In this document: positions 49,974 through 59,512 of the stretch, in pieces
How the letters are laid out: every line of letters starts with the position of its first letter
Numbering within the stretch: position 1 is the stretch's first letter
Source: an uncultured Planctomycetota bacterium
GTDB lineage: Bacteria > Planctomycetota > Planctomycetia > Pirellulales > Lacipirellulaceae
DNA length: 64,000 nucleotides
NCBI GenBank assembly: GCA_963719315.1
Contig: CAVRBU010000002.1
Location: forward strand, 64,001 to 128,000
Direction of reading: 5' to 3'
Program-made: the position numbers and the translations under genes
Notes under the pieces: model-generated
The model's database searches: none
The model's input: only the letters and a program-made list of their open reading frames with translations
Told to the model about the DNA's origin: nothing

Positions 49974-51547
49974 TTAGGTTCGATGCCGGCGCCGGAGCGA
50001 TAAACAAACGATGCCAAGCGCGGAAATCGACAACGCCGTCGGCTCAGGAACGACTGTTCCATTCACTACGTAGCGGTACTGGCTACCAGACGGCGACGAA
50101 GGAATCGGGGTACCGCGACGCGATCCGGCACTCGTGGCGATTCCTGCCGGAGGTGCATCCAAGGTATTTCCAAACCAGATGTACGAGTTCGCAACTGAAG
50201 CCGAGTTAGCGGCCACAATCCAGTATGTCTTAGGACCTATCCCAAAATTCCACATCGCCTTAAGGCGATGAGGGCGAATTGTAGATGAACGAACCCAAGA
50301 TAGTTAGCCGCCTTCTTTTCCCAACGGATCAGGAGCCTGCGGGCGCGGTTGGTCCAAGAATGCGCGGCTTCGACAACCCAGCGTCGAGCTTTGTGGCCGG
50401 CGCGACAGCGACGCTGCTCCTCGCCACGGCAGCGGATGTGAGGCACGTACCCGAAACGATTCGCCGTAGCTGTCGACGGTTCGCCAAAGTATCCCTTGTC
50501 GAGACACAGGTGCTGCTTGCGCCGACGGCTGGGTCGTCGAATCGGGATGGAGCGAAGCGTGTCGCGCAGAAGACGTTGGTCGTGAGCATTGGCGCCGTCA
50601 ATCGCGACGCCCAGAGGAACGCCGCGGGCGTCGGTCAAGACCGATCGCTTGACTCCGAGCTTACCTCGATCGGTGGGGTTTTTCCCGGTTTTTTTCCCCT
50701 CCCAGCGGCGACTTAGTTGTCGCGCCGTCCACCGACTGCCAGCGCCAAGCGATGCCGCGCTTCTGATCGTACTTCCCCAGCGCCCGTTTCCAAAACCGTT
50801 GCCAAATACCCAGGCGAGTCCACTCTTGGAAATAGCGATGAACGGTACTGGGGCTGCCAAATTGTGGCGGCAGCGCCTTCCACTGGCAGCCGGTGCGCAA
50901 CAGATAAAGAATGCCGCTGGCAACGGTGCGCAGATTCGCGCGGGGTCGCCCAACCTTCGTGGATCGCGGATACTTCGGCAGCAAGGGTTCAAGCTGCCGC
51001 CAAAGCTTTTCGGGCATCCAAGCAAATTTGCCCTGCCAATCGCAGTGCATGTACACCTCCGTGCAAGCAAAGACGAGATTCGAACGGAAACCATTCCTCA
51101 CCTTTTCCTACGCACGGAAATAACACCCGTTCACGTATTTTGGGATAGGTCCTAAGTATTCTCGAGCATCAGCGGAGCGGCGGGCGTCAAAGTGAATAGA
51201 CTACCGCTGGTCGTGTACGAGAGGCTTGGAAAATTGAGCAATAGCGAACCGGGATTTCCAAGTCCATTCGTATCGTACAAGGAGATGATTGGAGCGCTAT
51301 TCGTGTTGAAGAATTGCAGGTTAAGCTGAATCGAGTTCAAGATGTAATCGTTCCCGGCGGGAATAGTAAATCCGGCGGCATCAGCGCTATACGGTCCACC
51401 TCCATTGCTACCGCCCGCTGGTGCATTGATAAAAGATGCAACTAACCCATTCCCTGAGAGCGTATTGATTAGGGTCTCTGTGTTGGCGGATTGAGGAACG
51501 AGCAATATCAGGGAACAGGCGACTAATAGAATTGGGTGACGACTCAT
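49974..51547 (-). pseudogene. PEP-CTERM exported protein (choice-of-anchor R-like) interrupted by IS5 copy 2
   Basis: Signal peptide..FTLTPAAPLMLENT | KTYWIV..VPEPTALSISALGIVCLSLRRR; promoter-like TTGACC-17 nt-TAGATT at 51579-51607. Confidence 0.85.
50233..51152 (-). mobile_element. IS5-family element, 920 bp, copy 2 (apparently identical to copy 1)
   Basis: Same TIRs and the same translations in the internal ORF-track frames; flanks TTA / TAA. Confidence 0.95.
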
Positions 51548-51634
51548 TAGCGTACTCCAAGATTGCAGAATTAGATCCAATCTATGATCGGAAATAGCAC
51601 AGGTCAAGAAATTTGCGCGGCGGCTGTTGAAAAA

Positions 51635-52397
51635 GGGTAGGCGTCTCGATTGTTGGGGGGAAATCTGCTCTGCTGAAGGGTCTGTGACAATTGGGGGGTA
51701 ATTCTCGAACTCGAAGACCGGAGAGCAGAGCGATGGCCAAGCAGATCAAGGCGTTGGAACTGGACCTGACAGCGGAAGAGGAAGCGGCGGCGGAGCGGAT
51801 TTACGAGTCGCTCAAGGGCCAGGCCGAACAGCAGTTGAAGAACATGGCGCGGATGATGGCGGCGAAGAAGCCCGAGGAGTTGTTGGGCCGCGGCGAGTTC
51901 GAGTTGCGGGACATGTTGTTCGATTTGGGAGCGAACGTGCTGGAGACCGCCACCAACGAGTGTGTAAAAAAGGGGCGCTTATCAGGGAGCTAGCTTAGCC
52001 TGCTCCTGCGGCGGCAGCGCGAAGTTCATCGACTGGCGAACGAAAGGATTGGTCAGCCTGCTGGGAGACATCCGTTTGACGCGGACCTATTACTACTGCT
52101 GCCAGTGCGGCGCGAGCCAGCAGCCCTGGGACGAGCGGCTGGGCCTCACCCCGCGGCACGTCACGCCCGGCGCGGAGGAACTGGCGTCGCTGGCCGGCAC
52201 GCTGAGCAGCTTTGGCTTGGCGGCCGAACGAGCCTTGGTCCGCATGAGTGGCATTCGGTTGGCGGAGTCGACCGTGCTGCGCGTCACGGAAGAAGCGGGC
52301 CAACGCTTGGGAGCGAAACTCGCGGCCAAGCAAACGTTTGGCCCCCAGGAAGACTGGCTTTGGCAACGGGATGCCGAGGGTCGGCACTGCGCCTACG
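51635..52397 (+). mobile_element. ISKra4-family 5' fragment (left end, orfA, AAAAAAGGGG slippery site, start of orfB)
   Basis: LLGRGEFELRD..KKG; CSCGGSAKF..SLLGDIRLTRTYYYC..PWDERLGL..SESTV-like LAESTVLRVTE. Confidence 0.85.
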
Positions 52398-52613
52398 CGA
52401 TGGGCTAAGCGTATCATGCCGGCCGTCCTAAAAGAACTGATGCGGCATAGCTCGATTACCACCACGATGACCTACTACGTTAGCCAATCGGCTGAGGACG
52501 TGGGCGATATGTTGAGAATGGCGTTAGGTAACATTTTGGGTAACAACCCCCCAGAAAAGGCAGAGCCGACAGGCGTTGAACGTGACGGAAAACCCGTTAG
52601 GATAAAGGGTTAA
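52395..52613 (+). pseudogene. C-terminal remnant of a tyrosine integrase
   Basis: TRWAKRIMPAVLKELMRHSSITTTMTYYV (box II His and catalytic Tyr); stops 11 nt before the tRNA. Confidence 0.85.
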
Positions 52614-52624
52614 GACACTACTTC

Positions 52625-52706
52625 GGAGGGTAAGCGAATGGCTAGCGGCCACACTGGAAATGTGGTGCCGGGAAACCGGTTGTGGGTTCGAGTCCCATGC
52701 CCTCCG
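52625..52706 (+). tRNA. tRNA-Ser (GGA) with long variable arm; CCA not encoded
   Basis: Acceptor GGAGGGT/GCCCTCC-G; anticodon arm CCACA-CTGGAAA-TGTGG; variable arm CCGG-GAAA-CCGG; GGTTCGAGTCC. Confidence 0.92.
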
Positions 52707-52757
52707 CTTTCTTTGTTGCGCGGAGTGTCGCGTTAACGGCAGACGGAAACGCACAAA

Positions 52758-53498
52758 TTGACTACTATCTTTATCCCCGCCGCGACACTGACAAGACTCG
52801 CCCAGTACGATACGCCCACGATTTGCAACGTCATCGAGCTGTTCGACGTGCGGCCGAATGATGCGGGATATATGGATGGCCGAATTCGAGCGGCGTTTCC
52901 CGAGATGCCGCCGATGGTGGGGTTCGCCGCGACGGCGTCGTTTCGATCCGGGGCCCCGCCAGACAAGAGCACGTATGCTTCGCTCGAAAGTCAAGTGGAG
53001 CACTTCGCGCAACTGCCCGGGCCGGCCGTCGTTGTGTTTCAAGATCTCGACGTGCCGTCGATCGGAGCTACGTTTGGCGAAGTGATGTGCAGCACGTATC
53101 AAGGGTTCGGCGCCGCGGGGCTTGTTACGTCCGGCGGCGGGCGCGATCTGTTGCAGGTCCAGGCGCTCGGGTTTCCCGTGTTCACGGGCTCAACCATTTG
53201 CTCGCATGCTTACTGTCAAACGATGAACGTCGGCTCGCCAGTGCGGGTGGGCGGATTGAACGTAAGCACCGGCGATCTGTTGCACGGCGACGCAAACGGA
53301 GTGACCGATATTCCGTTGGACATAGCGACCGAGGTTGCCGACGTGGCGGCAGAGTTTATCGCCGCCGAGGCGCACGTAATCGAGTACGTGAAGGCCGCGG
53401 GGCCGAAGAGCGTCGCCGAGTTAGCGGCCCGTCGCGCGCTGATGAGCGAGGCAATTGCAAAAATTCGGCGTCGTGTTTCGCGGAAAAGCGCCAAGTAA
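52758..53498 (+). CDS. RraA / HMG-aldolase family protein
   Basis: YDTPTICN, VGFAATA, FGEVM, GGGRD, GDLLHGDANGV. Confidence 0.9.
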   Translation: MTTIFIPAATLTRLAQYDTPTICNVIELFDVRPNDAGYMDGRIRAAFPEMPPMVGFAATASFRSGAPPDKSTYASLESQVEHFAQLPGPAVVVFQDLDVPSIGATFGEVMCSTYQGFGAAGLVTSGGGRDLLQVQALGFPVFTGSTICSHAYCQTMNVGSPVRVGGLNVSTGDLLHGDANGVTDIPLDIATEVADVAAEFIAAEAHVIEYVKAAGPKSVAELAARRALMSEAIAKIRRRVSRKSAK

Positions 53499-53529
53499 CT
53501 TCGTGCGTCAATTGGCTGAAGGCGGGCGC

Positions 53530-54489
53530 ATGACAAAGATCGTGGTCATCGACGGCTACACGCTCAACCCAGGCGACAATCCGTGGACACCGCTCGAACG
53601 ACTCGGGTCGCTCACTGTGCACGATCGCACTCAGCCGGAATCCGTAGTTTCGCTTGCCGCGTCCGCCGACGTATTGATCTCTAACAAGTGCGCAGTGACG
53701 GCCGAGTCGATTGAGCAACTTCCTGCACTGAAATTCATTGCCGTGACCGCCACGGGTTTCAACGTCGTGGAGGTGGCGGCCGCGCGCCGCCGTGGTATTC
53801 CCGTTTCGAACGTGCCGGAATACGGAACTCAAACGGTGGCCCAATTCACTTGGGCATTGATTCTTGAGTTATGCCATCGAGTCGGGCGGCATGTTGAAAG
53901 CGTTGCCGCTGGCGACTGGGCAAAGTCGCCCGACTTTGCTTACTGGCTCACGCCGCAGGTCGAATTAGCCGACAAACAATTGGGGCTGATCGGCTATGGC
54001 CGCATCGCGCGGCAAGTGGCGGCGATCGGCCGGGCGTTTGGGATGCTCGTGCTCGCAAGTGGCCGGCCGGGCAGCACTGCCCCATCGGGCGAAGCGGTTG
54101 AATGGTTGCCGACGGAAGAAGTGTTTGCCACAGCCGACGTGGTGAGTCTCCATTGCCCGCTGTCGCCGCAGACCGAGCGGATGGCCAACCGTCGGCTGCT
54201 CGGCAAAATGCGCCGTGAGGCGTTTCTGATCAATACGTCGCGCGGAGGTCTAGTCGATGAGCGCGACCTGGCCGACGCGCTCTGCGCGGGCCAACTCGCG
54301 GGAGCGGCGGTCGATGTCGTTTCTCAGGAGCCGATTCGCCCCGACAATCCGCTCCTCGCCGCACCGAATTGCCTGATCACACCGCACATGGCTTGGACAA
54401 GCCTGGAAGCGCACAAACGGCTCACGCGGGTGACGGCCGAAAATGTGGCCGCCTTTCTGGCCGGGCGGCCGATCAACGTCGTGAATTGA
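53530..54489 (+). CDS. D-2-hydroxyacid dehydrogenase (glycerate dehydrogenase-like)
   Basis: DGYTLNPGD, ATGFNVV, GYGRIA, SLHCPL, INTSRG, ITPHMAW. Confidence 0.92.
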   Translation: MTKIVVIDGYTLNPGDNPWTPLERLGSLTVHDRTQPESVVSLAASADVLISNKCAVTAESIEQLPALKFIAVTATGFNVVEVAAARRRGIPVSNVPEYGTQTVAQFTWALILELCHRVGRHVESVAAGDWAKSPDFAYWLTPQVELADKQLGLIGYGRIARQVAAIGRAFGMLVLASGRPGSTAPSGEAVEWLPTEEVFATADVVSLHCPLSPQTERMANRRLLGKMRREAFLINTSRGGLVDERDLADALCAGQLAGAAVDVVSQEPIRPDNPLLAAPNCLITPHMAWTSLEAHKRLTRVTAENVAAFLAGRPINVVN

Positions 54490-54547
54490 ATGTGGTAGAA
54501 TCGATGTTTGCGATCGACACAAGTTTCTTTGTAAGAGGACGGTGAAA

Positions 54548-55441
54548 ATGCCCAAGCACTCACGGCGTAAATTTCTTGAGGTGGCGGGTAAAACCGGCGC
54601 AGTCGCGCTTGGAACGGCTGGCGGAGTGTTTTCGCACTCCGCCGCTGCGGCTGCCGAGGAGCCCAAGCCGTGCGCGATGCAGTTTGGATTAGTGACGTAT
54701 CAATGGGGCGCCGATTGGGATCTGCCGACGCTGCTAAAGAATTGCGAAGCGGCGGGCGCGGCCGGCGTGGAACTGCGAACGGAGCATGCCCATGGCGTCG
54801 AGCCCTCCATCGGCGCCGCCAAAAGGGCTGAAGTAAAAAAGCGATTTGCGGATTGCCCCGTCGTATTCGTGGGAATGGGCTGCAACGAGGCCTTTCATTC
54901 CCCGGACCCGAAGGAGCTCAAGGCCTCGATTGAACGGGCGAAGGGATTCATCAAACTCAGCCACGATCTAGGAGGCAGCGGCGCAAAGGTGAAGCCCAAT
55001 GATCTTCCCAAAGGGGTGCCGCAGGAGAAGACGATCGAACAGATCGGTCGCGCTCTGAACGAGCTGGGAAAATACGCCGCCGCTTATGGCCAGCAAGTCC
55101 GGTTGGAGGTGCATGGCCAATGTCAGCCGCTGCCGATCATTGCGGAGATCATGAAGGTGGCCGATCATCCGCAGGTCTCCGTTTGTTGGAATAGCAACGC
55201 GGAGGATCTAAAAGGGGACGGTCTGGAACACAATTTCAAGTTGGTCGCCAAACGACTCGGAGCAACGCTGCATGCGCGCGACCTCGCGGGTCATAAATAT
55301 CCATATCGCGACCTCTTTCGATTGCTCAAAGAGGCCAACTACCGAGGTTGGATTCTCATCGAAGCGAGCGACCAGCCAACCGACCGCGTTCATGCTTTAG
55401 CGGCACAGCGAAAGGCGTTCGAGGCGCTTTGTGCGAATTGA
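54548..55441 (+). CDS. Tat-exported sugar phosphate isomerase/epimerase (TIM barrel)
   Basis: SRRKFL Tat motif; GVELR, LEVHG, YRGWILIE. Confidence 0.85.
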   Translation: MPKHSRRKFLEVAGKTGAVALGTAGGVFSHSAAAAAEEPKPCAMQFGLVTYQWGADWDLPTLLKNCEAAGAAGVELRTEHAHGVEPSIGAAKRAEVKKRFADCPVVFVGMGCNEAFHSPDPKELKASIERAKGFIKLSHDLGGSGAKVKPNDLPKGVPQEKTIEQIGRALNELGKYAAAYGQQVRLEVHGQCQPLPIIAEIMKVADHPQVSVCWNSNAEDLKGDGLEHNFKLVAKRLGATLHARDLAGHKYPYRDLFRLLKEANYRGWILIEASDQPTDRVHALAAQRKAFEALCAN

Positions 55442-55616
55442 TGCGGAGTGATTTACCAAAGTTTGATGCACCCTACTGCGAAACGGGGCACCGAATTCCT
55501 GTGCTAGCAAGCTGCGTTGTAGCCGGATACAATAAAGGCTGGCTCGATCAACCTACCGCGTTTTCTCAGCGCAAAAGCCATCTGACAGTTGCTGTTATCG
55601 GTTTTGGGAGCAGAAC

Positions 55617-56993
55617 ATGCTCGATTTTCTTGGCCGCGGTGTTGCGACAACCTGTAACGGAACAACGCGCCGCGATTTCCTAAAAATCGGCACGCTGGGG
55701 GCGATCGGCTTTTCGATGGCCGATTACATGGCGGCCAAAGCGGCCGGCAAGGTGGCCGCCAAGCACGATGACCGCTCGGTGATCATGATCTTCAACCTCG
55801 GCGCGCCGAGTCAGCTCGATACGTTCGATATGAAGCCGGATGCTCCGGCCGAAATTCGCGGACCGTTCAAGCCGATTTCCACCGTTTCATCCGATATTCA
55901 GATTTCCGAAATACTGCCGCTACACGCCAAGATCGCCGACAAGTTTTCGCTCGTGCGATCTTGCCACCACAACGGCGCTGCCGTGCACGATGCCGGTTGG
56001 CAGGTGATGCAGACGGGCCGCGTTTTCCAGGGCGGCGTCAACACACCGCACGCCGGGTCGGTGGTCGATTACCTGCGCGGCCGGCGAACCGATTTACCGG
56101 CGTTCGTCGTATTGCCGCAAACGATGGGCCGCGGCGGCGGCAATCTGCCCAACGGCCAGGCCGCCGGTTTCCTCGGCAAAGCTCACGATCCGTTTTCGTT
56201 GATGGCCGATCCATCGCAGCCGAATTTCAAAGTGCCCGATTTATTGCCGCCGGCCGAAATCGACGCCGCCCGTCTCGATCGCCGCCGCAAGCTGCGCGAA
56301 ATCGTCGACTCGACGGTCAAGGAATTCGAGGCCAGCGAGAACGCGAAGCTGATGGACGATAATTTTCAAGCTGCGTTTCGCATGATGACCAGCAAGCAGG
56401 CCCGCGACTCCTTCGACCTCTCCAAGGAATCGCCAAAGGTCCGCGAGCGGTACGGCATGAATCGCTTCGGGCAATGCTGCCTCTTGGCCCGCCGACTGAT
56501 CGAGGGCGGCGTGCGATTCATTACGATCAACACGTTTCTGACCGTCTTCGACGAAATTACGTGGGACATTCACGGCACCAAGCCTTTCACGTCGATCGAA
56601 GGCATGAAGAACATCGTCGCGCCGATGTACGACCAGGCGTACAGCGCGCTGATCGAAGACCTCGACCAGCGCGGCATGTTGGGTTCGACACTCGTGTGCA
56701 ACCTGGCCGAATTCGGGCGCACGCCGCGCGTGAACCCGGCGGGCGGGCGCGATCACTGGCCGCAGTGCTTTACGTGTTACTTCGCGGGCGGCGGAGTGAA
56801 GGGCGGGCGAGTCGTGGGGAGCAGCGATCCGATCGCCGCGGTGCCGGCCGAGAGGCCCGTCGAACCGGCCGACATCGTGGCCACGATTTTCTACAGCTTG
56901 GGCCTCGATCTTGAAAAGACGCTGCCCGGCCCCTCCGGCCGGCCCTTCCCACTCGTCGATTCAGGGCACCGCGAAATCCACGAGCTGTTTTGA
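55617..56993 (+). CDS. DUF1501 domain protein
   Basis: TRRDFL, PSQLDTFDMKP, LLARRLIE.GV, WDIH, EFGRTP, GRDHW. Confidence 0.93.
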   Translation: MLDFLGRGVATTCNGTTRRDFLKIGTLGAIGFSMADYMAAKAAGKVAAKHDDRSVIMIFNLGAPSQLDTFDMKPDAPAEIRGPFKPISTVSSDIQISEILPLHAKIADKFSLVRSCHHNGAAVHDAGWQVMQTGRVFQGGVNTPHAGSVVDYLRGRRTDLPAFVVLPQTMGRGGGNLPNGQAAGFLGKAHDPFSLMADPSQPNFKVPDLLPPAEIDAARLDRRRKLREIVDSTVKEFEASENAKLMDDNFQAAFRMMTSKQARDSFDLSKESPKVRERYGMNRFGQCCLLARRLIEGGVRFITINTFLTVFDEITWDIHGTKPFTSIEGMKNIVAPMYDQAYSALIEDLDQRGMLGSTLVCNLAEFGRTPRVNPAGGRDHWPQCFTCYFAGGGVKGGRVVGSSDPIAAVPAERPVEPADIVATIFYSLGLDLEKTLPGPSGRPFPLVDSGHREIHELF

Positions 56994-57004
56994 TTAGCGA
57001 AGCC

Positions 57005-59497
57005 ATGATGAGAAGCCTGATTTCAACCTTGCTATTTCTGGCCGCGGTGACTCAGGGTTCCTGGGCTCGTGCAGCGGAAGCAAAACTCAGGTTGCTGCCG
57101 GGCGAGTCGATGCTAACCGGAACTCACGCGCTCCAACAACTGATCGTAGAAAGCGTGGCCGATGATCGCTTTACAGGTGATCGCACGGAAAAATCCACGT
57201 TCACGACGAGCGACGAGCATGTGGCGACAGTCGACGAGGCAGGCATCGTTCATCCGGTAGGAAATGGTCAATCTACGATCACCGCGACGCTCGACGGGCA
57301 GTCCGCAACTTCGATCGTTACGGTCGTCGGCATGGATCACCACTCAGGCCGCAGTTTTCGCAGCGACGTGCAACCGGTGCTCGCGAAAATGGGCTGCAGT
57401 ATGGGCGCCTGCCACGGCGCGCTGGCCGGCAAGGGCGGATTCAAACTTTCGCTGCGCGGCTACGACGCCACGGCCGATTTCGACGCGATCACGCGGGCCG
57501 CTCGTGGCCGGCGGATTGAACCCAGCGATCCGGGCCGCAGCCTCATTCTGCTCAAGCCTACGATGACCGTTCCGCACAAGGGCGGCTTGCGGTTCGACAC
57601 CGATTCGCCGGCGTATGAAATCCTTTCACAATGGATTGCCGAGGGCGCGGTGCCGCCCGCCGACAGCGATCCGCGAATTGAGAGTATCGAAGTAATGCCG
57701 AATGAGGTGATGCTGCACCCGAAAGATCAGCAACGAATCGTGGTGCGGGCCAAATACTCCGATGGCCGCACGAGCGACGTCACGCGGTGGGCAAAGTTTT
57801 CTGCCACAAATGAGGCCGTCGCGGGCGTCAGCGACGACGGCCGGATTACGTGCAACGGCCACGGCGGCGGGACCGTTTCGGTGTGGTACTCCAGCAAAAT
57901 CAGCAACGTGCGAATCACGTCTCCGTACGATACGCAGATTCCTGAGAAAGTCTTTGCGGACGCAAAGCGTCGCAACTTCGTCGATGAGCAAGTGCTGAAG
58001 CAGTTGGCGGTTCTGCATCTGCCACCCGCGCAGCAGGCGGACGACGCGACGTTCATTCGCCGGGCATTTATCGATACGATCGGCAAGCTGCCGACTGCCG
58101 ACGAAGCCCGCTCGTTTCTCACAGATGGCGCGCCCGACAAGCGCGACCGACTTATCGAGGAGTTGCTTGCCCGCGACGAGTTCGTCGACTATTGGGCGTA
58201 CCAATGGTCCGACTTGTTGCTTGTAAACGGCAACCGCTTACGCCCGGAGGCAGTGAAAGCGTTTTACACTTGGATTCGTGGCCAGGTGAAGTCCAATACG
58301 TCGTGGGACAAATTCGCCCGGCAGATCGTCGTCGCCAAGGGCAACAGCATCGAAAACGGAGCGACGAATTTCTACGCCCTCCACCAAGACCCAGAAGAAA
58401 TGACCGAGAATATCAGCCAGGCGTTTCTGGGCCTGTCGATCGGCTGCGCAAAATGCCACAACCATCCGCTCGAAAAATGGACGAACGACCAATACTACGC
58501 GATGGCCAACTTGTTCGCCCGGGTGCATGCGAAGGGTTGGGGCGGCGAGCCGCGCAATGGCGACGGCGTGCGAACGCTATTTGTTTCCAGCCGTGGCGAC
58601 TTGGTGCAACCCTCGAAGGGCGTGCCGCAACCGCCGGCGCCGCTCGACGCGAAGCCGCTGTCGGCCGATAGCGAGCAAGACCGCCGCGAGTATTTGGCCG
58701 ATTGGCTCACGTCGCCCGACAATCCGTATTTCGCGCGGGCCATCACCAACCGCGTGTGGGCCAATTTCTATGGCGTCGGATTGGTCGATCCGGTCGATGA
58801 TTTGAGGCAGTCGAATCCGGCCAGCAACGAGGTACTCATGGCCGCGGCGACCAAGTTTTTGGTTGAGCATCATTACGATTTGAAATCATTGATGCGCACG
58901 ATACTTCAGTCCGCCACGTACCAGGCGAGCGGCGAGCCGGCCGAGGCCAGTCGCGATGAGACCCGCTTTTACTCACATTACTATCCACGGCGAATGATCG
59001 CAGAAGTCGCACTGGATGCTGTCTCGCAGGTAACGGCCGTGCCGACAGAGTTTGATCAAATCGAGTATCCAGGGGCTGATTTTCAAAAAACCGCTTTCTA
59101 CCCGAAAGGCACACGAGCGCTGCAGCTTTACGACTCGGCCGTCGTCTCCCGTTTCCTGCGCACATTCGGCCGCAATCAACGGGTGATCACGTGCCAATGC
59201 GAGCGATCCAACGAGCCGAGTCTCGTGCAAGCCTTGCACATTTCCAACGGCGATACGCTCCGCTTGAAGTTGGCGGCAAAAGACGGCACCGTCGAGTCCC
59301 TTGCTAACGGCAGCGAACCACTGTATCGCGTCATAGAAGATTTGTATTTGTCGGCGCTGTCGCGCTACCCAAGAGACGGAGAGGTGGTCCAATTACTAGC
59401 CGCCACGAGCGACGCGAAACAGGGTGATCGGCGCGTAATGATCGAAGATTTGTTTTGGGCCGTGCTGAGCAGCCGCGAGTTCTTGTTTAACCATTAG
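57005..59497 (+). CDS. Ig-like plus DUF1549/DUF1553 (PSCyt2/PSD1) domain protein
   Basis: GCSMGACHG, FIRRAFID..G..P, CAKCHNHP, NPYFARA..NRVWA, SREFLFNH. Confidence 0.93.
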   Translation: MMRSLISTLLFLAAVTQGSWARAAEAKLRLLPGESMLTGTHALQQLIVESVADDRFTGDRTEKSTFTTSDEHVATVDEAGIVHPVGNGQSTITATLDGQSATSIVTVVGMDHHSGRSFRSDVQPVLAKMGCSMGACHGALAGKGGFKLSLRGYDATADFDAITRAARGRRIEPSDPGRSLILLKPTMTVPHKGGLRFDTDSPAYEILSQWIAEGAVPPADSDPRIESIEVMPNEVMLHPKDQQRIVVRAKYSDGRTSDVTRWAKFSATNEAVAGVSDDGRITCNGHGGGTVSVWYSSKISNVRITSPYDTQIPEKVFADAKRRNFVDEQVLKQLAVLHLPPAQQADDATFIRRAFIDTIGKLPTADEARSFLTDGAPDKRDRLIEELLARDEFVDYWAYQWSDLLLVNGNRLRPEAVKAFYTWIRGQVKSNTSWDKFARQIVVAKGNSIENGATNFYALHQDPEEMTENISQAFLGLSIGCAKCHNHPLEKWTNDQYYAMANLFARVHAKGWGGEPRNGDGVRTLFVSSRGDLVQPSKGVPQPPAPLDAKPLSADSEQDRREYLADWLTSPDNPYFARAITNRVWANFYGVGLVDPVDDLRQSNPASNEVLMAAATKFLVEHHYDLKSLMRTILQSATYQASGEPAEASRDETRFYSHYYPRRMIAEVALDAVSQVTAVPTEFDQIEYPGADFQKTAFYPKGTRALQLYDSAVVSRFLRTFGRNQRVITCQCERSNEPSLVQALHISNGDTLRLKLAAKDGTVESLANGSEPLYRVIEDLYLSALSRYPRDGEVVQLLAATSDAKQGDRRVMIEDLFWAVLSSREFLFNH

Positions 59498-59512
59498 TCG
59501 TAATAGACCAAC

